Source of the DNA: a virus
Taxonomy: Duplodnaviria; Caudoviricetes
Virus record (IMG/VR): IMGVR_UViG_3300043449_001060
Coordinates: 1 to 52,387 of that record
Length of the DNA: 52,387 nt
Strand: one strand, 5' to 3'
The first letter of the stretch is position 1. Each line of letters starts with the position of its first letter. The notes beneath the pieces are model-generated. The model searched no databases. It was not told where the DNA came from and saw only the letters and a program-made list of their open reading frames with translations. Positions 29,786 through 38,600 of this stretch are shown here, in pieces. The position numbers and the translations under genes were made by a program.

Positions 29786-32614
29786 GAATGTAAAAGGATA
29801 AATACTATCTGCATATACAAAACCACCCTCATCCATATATCCTCCATACTTTTGTTGAGGTACACCATACTGTGCATTTATTACTGCTAATGCATCATCA
29901 TCTGCAGTGCTACCACTTTGATTTTTATATGCTTTTTCAGCAGCTGCAATTGCTTCGGTATTGTTAAATCCTTTACTTAAATAATACTGTAAAAATTCAT
30001 CATAACTTTTTGTACCACCTGTTTGAGGTTTAATTCTTTTACCAAACTCAAATCCTGGCATACCACCTGTTTCAGGTAATACAGAGTATTGTGGATATAA
30101 GGCATTCAATGCAGCTGTCTTAGCTCTATTAGTAATTGCATTAGCATAATAATTTCTTAGCTGATTTCTCATTGCAAGCTTAGCATTATCATACTGTTGA
30201 TTAGCAATTGTATTTTGATCATATAGTTTAGATTGTGCAGCTTGATTTGCAAGAGCTTCTTGGTTTCTTACGTCAACAGATTTAAACTCAAACTGATCAG
30301 CAATATTAACATTAGCATTGTTAAATCTAGCGAGAGTATCTGCAGCTTGTTTTGCACCGGTACCTTGAATACTTGACGCTCTAGCAGAAAGTTGTTGTGG
30401 TCCGGCAAATTGCGCTAATGCTTGTGATGCAATGTTAGCTTGTTCTGACTGTTGCGCAAGCTCTCTAGTTGGATCTAAGAACGTAGGTCTTGGTTCTTCA
30501 AGGTCTACTAATGGAGAATATGGCATATACTTATTGATACCCATTAAATCTCCAAATGCACCAGCTGTTTTAATGGTATCTTGTAACCACCAATTAGTAG
30601 GTTTTTCTTGTGGTGGTTGACATGGCAAACATTTTTTAGTTGCTGGATCATATCCACATGGACATTTTTTGTCATCAGGACAAGGACAATTACCATCTTT
30701 ATCTCTTACTACTGGTTTACCAGATTCATCATTACATGGACATGGTTGATCTTTAGGAGGTATTTCTGAGAACATAAGATCCTCATAGTTTGATATCTGC
30801 CCTGCAGTAGTATTAGTATAGTACGCATCAATAGGAGAAATATCAGTAACTGCTTGACCAGTTTCATCATTATATCCTCTTTGAAGATTACCTCTAAAGT
30901 TTAGTAATCTTACCATGTCATCTTCATTAGTAATTTTACCTTCATTGAAGTCTTTTACTAATTGATTATAACCTTGGAATGTTGCTTGTTGTAGTAATGC
31001 TTTTTTCTCAGCTGCAGTTCCTTTTGCTTGAGCTGGCATTTCTAAACCAATGTTTTTAAATGCCGTATCAAGATCTGGTGCAGTTCTTTGCATTTCCTGG
31101 TACTTGGCATTTATTTCTGCATCAGTATAAGAACTTCCATCTGGTTTTTTAAGGGTTTTCATTATATCCTTAAAGCCACGATTATCTCCTGAACCATTAC
31201 CAGTACTTTCAAAAGATCTTAATTTACCATTAGCATCTTTATATAAGAAAGATTCATTTCCAGAAGCTGCAAGTTTTAAGTTTCTTTCTTGGTGCTCTAA
31301 GAAGTTCTTTACAATTTCCTCATCAGATAATTGAGAAGCATCAAGTGTTCCATAACTTCTACCAACAACACCTTTTTTAGATCTATAAAATTCTTGATTT
31401 TGTATAGCTTTTCTAGTAGCATCTGCAAATAACTTAGCAGTTGCTGGATCCTTTAATGCAGTTTCCATTGCATAGTATCTAGATGCAACAGCAGCATTAT
31501 TATTCCATTTAGTTACATCTCCTGTATATCCAGCTGGAGCTTTATACTCAGCTTTTATTTCAGTATATTTTCCATTTGGTTCTTGTACCCAAATTTGTTG
31601 ACCATTATCTTTTGCTTTTAAGTAAGCTTTTTTAAGAGCTAATTGATATGCAGCATTATCTGCATAATCAGATCTTTTTATAATTTGGCCTTTAGGTGGT
31701 TCTCCTCCATCAGGATATTCATCTAGTTCTCCACCATCTTCATACCACTCTTTAGTTCTACCCATGTAGTTCATAGGATTAGCTCCCATAGGCATACCAT
31801 ATTCAGCATAAGGCATATCATAACCACCTATCATCATACCATATTCTGCCATAGGTGGGAGCATTTGTTCTTCACCTTGAGGCATCATATCTTCTTGCAT
31901 CATTTCTTGATCCTCATATGCCATCATATCTTCTTGATCAGGGGATGCTGGTGCTTGTGGTTCTGGAAGTTGTGGTGGAAGAAGTTGTTCTTCTTCAATA
32001 CCATTAGCTTCAAGATATGGTAGAGCCATAACAGGAATACCTTGTGGAAATCCTTTTTTAGATTCTTGAGCAAGAGCTAGTGCACCCAATTTCATATTGT
32101 AATTGCGTATCATTAACTCTGCAGTTTTTCTATCTATATTATCTGAATTAGGGTCTTGAAGAATTTTTCTATATTTATCAATATCATATTGCTTAGCTAA
32201 TTCAGCTGGAGTGTAACCTTTATTACCTTTACCTTTTTTCATAGGCTTATTGAACATCTGTAAGATATTCTCATCATTTATTTTCATTGAATTAGTATCA
32301 CTGAAAATAAAACTATCTTCTGGTAACTTTAAAGGAACCCCACCTTCAGAGTGACGTGGGCCTTTTATAACTTTGTGCTCTGGAAAGTTATCTCCATTGA
32401 GATCACCATAAACAGTTTCACCACCCTCTGCTTCAAGATTTGCTTCATCTCTTGGTACAGCAGTGATATATTTGCTTATTTCCATATCAGGCACCCCAAT
32501 ATAATGATTGTAGTCTGCGCCACCAAAGCCAGCAACATCATTTTTAAGAGAACCATTTACTTGGTAACCAGTTCTAGCTTGCGGCAATTTTTTAATTCTT
32601 ACTTTACGAAACAT
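29783..32614 (-). CDS. Putative virion cargo protein (943 aa) with GG motifs and a CPC-rich cluster
   Basis: N-terminal 'NLEAEGGETV...GPRHSEGGVP...IFSD' domain, M/Q/E/P-rich linker, YEDGG/YPDGG/QKYGG/MDEGG motifs, 8-Cys cluster at 30620-30742, Q/N/A-rich helical C-terminus. Confidence 0.6.
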   Translation of the reverse strand: MFRKVRIKKLPQARTGYQVNGSLKNDVAGFGGADYNHYIGVPDMEISKYITAVPRDEANLEAEGGETVYGDLNGDNFPEHKVIKGPRHSEGGVPLKLPEDSFIFSDTNSMKINDENILQMFNKPMKKGKGNKGYTPAELAKQYDIDKYRKILQDPNSDNIDRKTAELMIRNYNMKLGALALAQESKKGFPQGIPVMALPYLEANGIEEEQLLPPQLPEPQAPASPDQEDMMAYEDQEMMQEDMMPQGEEQMLPPMAEYGMMIGGYDMPYAEYGMPMGANPMNYMGRTKEWYEDGGELDEYPDGGEPPKGQIIKRSDYADNAAYQLALKKAYLKAKDNGQQIWVQEPNGKYTEIKAEYKAPAGYTGDVTKWNNNAAVASRYYAMETALKDPATAKLFADATRKAIQNQEFYRSKKGVVGRSYGTLDASQLSDEEIVKNFLEHQERNLKLAASGNESFLYKDANGKLRSFESTGNGSGDNRGFKDIMKTLKKPDGSSYTDAEINAKYQEMQRTAPDLDTAFKNIGLEMPAQAKGTAAEKKALLQQATFQGYNQLVKDFNEGKITNEDDMVRLLNFRGNLQRGYNDETGQAVTDISPIDAYYTNTTAGQISNYEDLMFSEIPPKDQPCPCNDESGKPVVRDKDGNCPCPDDKKCPCGYDPATKKCLPCQPPQEKPTNWWLQDTIKTAGAFGDLMGINKYMPYSPLVDLEEPRPTFLDPTRELAQQSEQANIASQALAQFAGPQQLSARASSIQGTGAKQAADTLARFNNANVNIADQFEFKSVDVRNQEALANQAAQSKLYDQNTIANQQYDNAKLAMRNQLRNYYANAITNRAKTAALNALYPQYSVLPETGGMPGFEFGKRIKPQTGGTKSYDEFLQYYLSKGFNNTEAIAAAEKAYKNQSGSTADDDALAVINAQYGVPQQKYGGYMDEGGFVYADSIYPFTF

Positions 32615-32623
32615 GTGACAAAA

Positions 32624-35563
32624 TTATAAAAATTCAATTTCACCTCCGGCAGCCATAAATTCTTGGATCTGCTCATCAGTCATGTACATTACATCTTCTT
32701 CATTTGGATCAGTCATAGGACCTCCAAACTGTTTTGATCTACCTAATCTATTTGAACCTTGTTGGTCAAATCTATATGAACCTTGGTTTACTTCCCAGTC
32801 ACCTCTATCCTTTCTTGCTTTAACACCGTAAAGCTTCATAGGATTAAAGTTTTGTTCATACATTTGACGCTCTTGTTCTCTCTGTTCTTTTCTACCAGCC
32901 AGACCTAATCCAAAGTTGGCAGCAGAATTAAACATGTTAAGTGCTGCTTCTGGATCAACCGTTCTAACATCTTCTCTTTGTCTATTTACTTGAACTAAAG
33001 TTTTACCTTTAATTGGATCAGGCATTTTTGGAGCTGTAGTAGATTTAGTAGCTTGATACTCTTCTACATTTTCAGGTTCAATATTAATTTGTTTTGGTTG
33101 CTGAATAGCTGGACCAGGCACTTCAGTAGATTGAAAATTAGACCAAAAGCTAGAAGGTTGTAAGTTTGTATTACCTGCTGTATTAACAGTAAAATCTACT
33201 TCTGTTTGTCCTTCTAATGCAGGATTAGATGTATATGACACTGGAGTATTTTCTAAACCTTCAAAAGCCATAGGAAGTCTACCACCTCTTCTCATCATTG
33301 GAGGAGGAGTATACATACCTTTTTCAATTCTTCTATAGAAATCAAAGTTTTCATCTTCTGGAGATTGTTCATATTCTGACTCACCTCCCATTTGATAACC
33401 TTCTTTTTCTGCCCTAGCTAATTGTCTTTCAGTTTGTCTTTCACCTTTATTGATAGCCATTCTAGCTCTGATTCCTAAATCACTATAATCATCACCACCT
33501 TGTATTTCCTGTTGTGATGGTTTTTGTAACATAGGATGTTGACTTAGATCTACATTAGAACCGTCATCTTCTGCTAAATAATAGTCTGTCCATTGCTTAG
33601 GTGCTCCAAGAATTCCTCTTTTAGTTACATCAGAAAAAACTAACGGGGCTCCACTCATTGAACCAGAATAAATAGCATCTGAATTATAAATAGTAGGCAT
33701 ACCCATTTGTTGAGCATAACTACCTTCATAATCAATAAATCTATTAATAGGGATTAAGTTATCTCTTAACATAGAATTTTGCGCTCTCCTTACTCTTCTT
33801 GCCTGTGCTTTTGTTGGACCTCCTTTTTTAGCTTGCTCAACTGTATTCATGGGTTGATGAAAAATATCAGAAGCTTGACTATACATACTTAAATGATGCA
33901 TAGGATTTTCTGGATCTTCATCAGGATTGGGAAACATCATTCCACCATCTTGATACTGACCCATATCAGTAAAGTAAGGGTCATTAACATTCTTTGCTTC
34001 TTCAGGAAAATCATTTCCACCATAAACAAATTTTGTTAAGTTTGGTAAAGATGGATCTACAAATCCACCATATTGACCACCAGATGCATAACCTTGGATA
34101 AGATCATTTGCACTAGGAACATCTTTTGGATCACCAGGAACTTGTAAACTTACTTGAGTTTCATTTACAGTTACTTGAGCATTAGGATCATTCTCAATGT
34201 TATTCTTAAGAGTTGCTTCTTCTGCTTGTTGTTCTGCAGTACCTTTAGATGCTTGCGGATATAGGATTCTATATTTTTTAGGTCTTCCAAAAAATCCTGT
34301 TTCATAAACATCAATCATTGGCATTAATGGTTGATCTTGTTGAGTTGCAGGTAAATTAGCTAAATCAGAAAAATATTTTTCTAATGTAGGAACATCAATA
34401 GTTTCAAAACTTTGTTGCATAAAAGGCTGAAACTTATTGTAACTATTCATAGGAATATTGCCAAAGTCTGATGGATACATTCCTTCAACTCCTAATAATC
34501 TATTAGTTCTTTCAATAAGGTTTCTATACTTTCTTTTAGCTTTCTTCTGACCACCTCTACGCATTTGGTCTTCACTCATTGCTTGATCTATCTGCATTTG
34601 TTGTTCTTGTGCAGGATCCCCTTGAGGCACCGGAGATAGAATTTGATCTAATAAAGGATCTTGAGTTTCTTTTAATTTTTCAAACCACTCATCTATCTTA
34701 ACTTTCTTAGCAGTATTACCAACAGCATCAATAAAGTTTGTTTTCTTTTTCTTTACGGTACCTGTTAAGTCATCAGTTTGTTTTGCAATACCGGCATCAA
34801 CAACTTCATCTTCTTGCATTCCACCAGCTTGCTTCTTTAGTAAGTTCATTACATTCTTTGCAAACTTTTTCTTTTGACTACCGCCATATTTTGCAGTAGG
34901 AGTAGACATATCTGGTAATTCAAGACTATCACTAGCTAATGGACTATATGGTAGGTAGTAAGCTTCTAGTCCAGGAAAGTTTAGATTCTGTGTACCAACA
35001 GTATTTTCAACTAATGCATCTAAACTAAATTTTCCATCTAGAGTAGTTGTTTCTTCTTCCTCAACTTCTGTACCATCAGAGTTTTCATAGAGAGATGCAT
35101 AACTTGTTTGTTGACCACCATCTTGAAAACCAAATATTTCTTCCGTACTATTTGCATCTTCTTCTTCAGCCATGTCAGCAGCAGATGTATCCATAGCTGC
35201 AGCCATACTTTGTTGACGGTATTGATCCATTTGTTGTTGAGCAGCTGCATCTTGTTCATTTGCCATGAGCGCTTTCTCTTGCTCCATAGCTTGAATTTCT
35301 GCAGCATCTTTTTGTTCTGCTTGATCTAAAGCATCTTCTTCAAGTTCACCAGCTTCCATCATATACTTAACCACAGATGAAACTAATTGCATAGCAAGTT
35401 TCTGATCCATCTTACGTGCAATAAGTGATTCATAGATATCTTGTGGCGTCTGACCTCTTTTAATAGCCTGTTGAACGGAAGTAGCCATTCTAGCATACAT
35501 CTCATTCTGCTCTGTACCTCCGCCCATCTGAGCTTTATAAAGTGGCATATTGGATTTTTTCAT
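32624..35563 (-). CDS. Putative virion cargo protein (979 aa), low-complexity, with ~14 xxxGG motifs
   Basis: Q/M/E/P-rich and Cys-free. Contains AQMGG, FQDGG, AKYGG, KQAGG, MRRGG (x2), YASGG, GQYGG, FVYGG, YQDGG, AKKGG, YQMGG, KQFGG, MAAGG. Confidence 0.6.
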   Translation of the reverse strand: MKKSNMPLYKAQMGGGTEQNEMYARMATSVQQAIKRGQTPQDIYESLIARKMDQKLAMQLVSSVVKYMMEAGELEEDALDQAEQKDAAEIQAMEQEKALMANEQDAAAQQQMDQYRQQSMAAAMDTSAADMAEEEDANSTEEIFGFQDGGQQTSYASLYENSDGTEVEEEETTTLDGKFSLDALVENTVGTQNLNFPGLEAYYLPYSPLASDSLELPDMSTPTAKYGGSQKKKFAKNVMNLLKKQAGGMQEDEVVDAGIAKQTDDLTGTVKKKKTNFIDAVGNTAKKVKIDEWFEKLKETQDPLLDQILSPVPQGDPAQEQQMQIDQAMSEDQMRRGGQKKAKRKYRNLIERTNRLLGVEGMYPSDFGNIPMNSYNKFQPFMQQSFETIDVPTLEKYFSDLANLPATQQDQPLMPMIDVYETGFFGRPKKYRILYPQASKGTAEQQAEEATLKNNIENDPNAQVTVNETQVSLQVPGDPKDVPSANDLIQGYASGGQYGGFVDPSLPNLTKFVYGGNDFPEEAKNVNDPYFTDMGQYQDGGMMFPNPDEDPENPMHHLSMYSQASDIFHQPMNTVEQAKKGGPTKAQARRVRRAQNSMLRDNLIPINRFIDYEGSYAQQMGMPTIYNSDAIYSGSMSGAPLVFSDVTKRGILGAPKQWTDYYLAEDDGSNVDLSQHPMLQKPSQQEIQGGDDYSDLGIRARMAINKGERQTERQLARAEKEGYQMGGESEYEQSPEDENFDFYRRIEKGMYTPPPMMRRGGRLPMAFEGLENTPVSYTSNPALEGQTEVDFTVNTAGNTNLQPSSFWSNFQSTEVPGPAIQQPKQINIEPENVEEYQATKSTTAPKMPDPIKGKTLVQVNRQREDVRTVDPEAALNMFNSAANFGLGLAGRKEQREQERQMYEQNFNPMKLYGVKARKDRGDWEVNQGSYRFDQQGSNRLGRSKQFGGPMTDPNEEDVMYMTDEQIQEFMAAGGEIEFL

Positions 35564-35581
35564 TTTATACCTTATATATTA

Positions 35582-35624
35582 AATATACTAATTTTAAATT
35601 TATTGGGTAAACCTTAAAAGTTTA
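35582..35624 (-). promoter_or_regulatory. Putative promoter box AATTAGTATATT with a 17-bp near-palindrome
   Basis: Plus-strand AATATACTAATT at 35582-35593, 18 nt from the ATG at 35563. TAAACCTTAAAAGTTTA at 35608-35624. Confidence 0.55.
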
Positions 35625-38600
35625 GGAACATCCCCACCTTTCTTTCTTAAAATAAAAACTGGTAGTCTATTATCCATACTTATATCATAATCTAATCTTG
35701 GTCCTTGAACAAATCCTGCCTTAGGAATACCTTGATCATTAAATTGTTTTGATTGACTTTTCCAATAATCTTCTGCTCTATACCTAGTAACTGGTAGTCC
35801 GGTAACGGGGTCCACTAATGTGGTTGAAGCAAAATGTTGTTTTGTTCCAATTCCACCTCTAGTATCTTTAATACCATGATGTACACCTCTATAAAGTGCT
35901 TCTGCAAATCTATTGTTATTATTTCTTTGTAATAAAGCAATTTCTTCTGCGGCTTTTGTATTAGCTTTTTTAGTTAGTGATTTAACAACAATAGGATTTT
36001 TTCTATCTGATGCATTTGTAATTTTATTTAACTCTTCATCTAAGTATCTTTTAGCTAATGCATCTTGAGCTTTATCCCAATTTTTAAAACCAGAAGCTTT
36101 TAAGTTATAACCATGATATTTAGTACTTAGACCTGTTGATCCAATTTGACTGAATGTTACTCCATTATACACACCTGGATCAAATTTTAAAGTACCAATT
36201 ACATTACCATCTTTATCTACCATAGACTTTGCTCTTTTTTCTGATGTTACAATTGTAATTTTTTCAATTTCATCTGGATTTAATCCTGCTGCACGAAGTT
36301 CTTGAGCATATTCAGTTCTTAACCATTGAGTTGCTCTTAAGTCTTCAAGTTTATTTTGAATATCCATATGAACAGGATTACTAGAATTTTTTGGAATTTG
36401 AGAAAAAGCTTCTTCATATGCAGCTAATTCTTCAGCAAGTTCATCATTATCTATAATAACTTTTTTATCTACTACTTTTGGTAACTTAGGATCTAAAGTT
36501 CTATTATACTCTACCGTTCCTGTTGTTTGTGATTTATTAGAATATCTTGTTTTTTCAATTTTATCTTTTGATTTTTTAGATATATTTAACATACCTAAGT
36601 CATCTTCATTACCTTTTAATTGTGGTGAAAGAGTTTGTCTATTTGCAAAATCTAAAGCTGGTGCATTAGGATTAGGTGTGTTATATTTTGTTATAAATGT
36701 ATAATCATCCAACACTTGATTCATTCCAATTTTTATTGCTTGATCTGAAATGCCAGAATTGTTAAATAAAAACTCAATATCATTTAATCCATAACCATAA
36801 TTATTTCTAAGAACATCATCTAAAGTTGCATCTGGAATTGCCATTAATTCATTTAATGCTTCATTTCTTGAAAGCATACTTCCAGTATATGGTTTATCAG
36901 GATTAGTAGCTGCTATTTCCTTGAAGAAATCAAAATCTTCATACATATCAGATGTAGGTTTTACAGCATCTTTGAGCCCACTTAATAATTCATTATAAAC
37001 TTCTCTATTAATATTACCATTTGCATATTGATTACGCAGTCTATTAACAAAATCAATTGGATCATTAGCATCTCTTAATTGAGCTTCTAATGTCATACGT
37101 GATCTATCTGGTCTACGTCTTATTGCTTCTCTAGTAGCCTCACTAAATTTAACTGGAGGAGTGCCCGGTTTTATATTACTATACACTTGTGATGTTCTAA
37201 TGGGAGCAGGTAAATTACTTCCTGTATATTCTGTTACACCTGGCGTTGGTCTTGTTGTATCAAATGAACCTGTAAGTCTTTGGTTCATATTTTGTGCAGC
37301 AGTTGCTCCAGCATTTAAAGCTACCTCATCAGGATTTAAAAATTGACGTACTCTTTCAGCTGTCTGTGCTGGATCATCAATCATCTCAGCATCTAATCTA
37401 CGTTGTTGTTGTGCAGCAAGAGCTTCTTCCACTTGTTGGTTATGAAAATTATCAATTTGATTTGTAAGAAGATCTCTTTCATCTATTGCTGCTTGAAAAT
37501 ATGGTGAATTTGTATTACCCTCATTTCTTAATCCTTGTATAATCCTATCTACTTCTGTTCTTTGATCATACAAGTTTTCTATTTGAGATACAGCTTCTCT
37601 TGTTAATAAAGAAGATTCTGAAGATCTATAACTATCTATAGCTCTTCGTAATTCTTGCATTGAATTTAATCCCGGAGTAGAAAGTGCAAGTGGTTTAAAC
37701 TGAGTAGGGGTAAATTCTGATATTATATTTTTACCTGACAACTGTTGAAGAGGAGTTAATCTTTCTCCTTTCATTAAAGCACTTAATGCACCTTTTGATC
37801 CTATTACCTCAGGTGCAATAAAATCTAATGCAGTCATGCCTACTTGATTTACTGCAGCTCTAATATCTTCCGTCTTACCAGTTTGACCAGCTTTATATAA
37901 TGCTTTGGCTGTTGTAGGTAAAGAAAGAGTACCTGATGCAACACCAGTAGCCCCAGCAAGAGTTCCTATATCTGTAGCACCTAATGCACCTAGATTAACT
38001 TGTTTGCCCATTAATGAATTTAATGCACCGGGAGCTCTAGTTAATATAGCTGTTTTTAATAATCCTTCTCCAAATTCTTTTGCCGTACCAAGTAAGTTAC
38101 CTTGTCTTGCATATACTGTCGCATCTGCTGCAGATGAAAAAGGGTTGATTAGATTAACCATATTATTCAATCCGCTATTATCATATCCAGTTTCTTTTCT
38201 ATAATATGCATTTAATGGGTTTCTTGGATCTCTTAGAATGTTAGCTCTATCTGGTAAGTATTGATCTCCCCAAATTGCTTCTTCAGTAACGTTAATAGGG
38301 TCAGCTAAAAAACTTCTTGTTACATCTCCAGCTTTACCTAGTATAGATGATTGATTCCATTTCTTATTTACTTGGTTTAAACGAGACTGATCTAATCTTT
38401 TTTGGAAATCTTTCTTAGTCATTTCCTCAATCATTAACTGTTGTAATGATTTTGGATTTGCAGAGTTTGCATTTTGTGGACTAAGATACTTTGCAGTAAC
38501 GCCCATATCTCTTGCTGCTCCAGAAGTAATTAATCTTTGAGCTTCCTCCTGTAACTTTTCAGGATACTTCAATGATTCTACTAAACTAGGTTGATCTACA

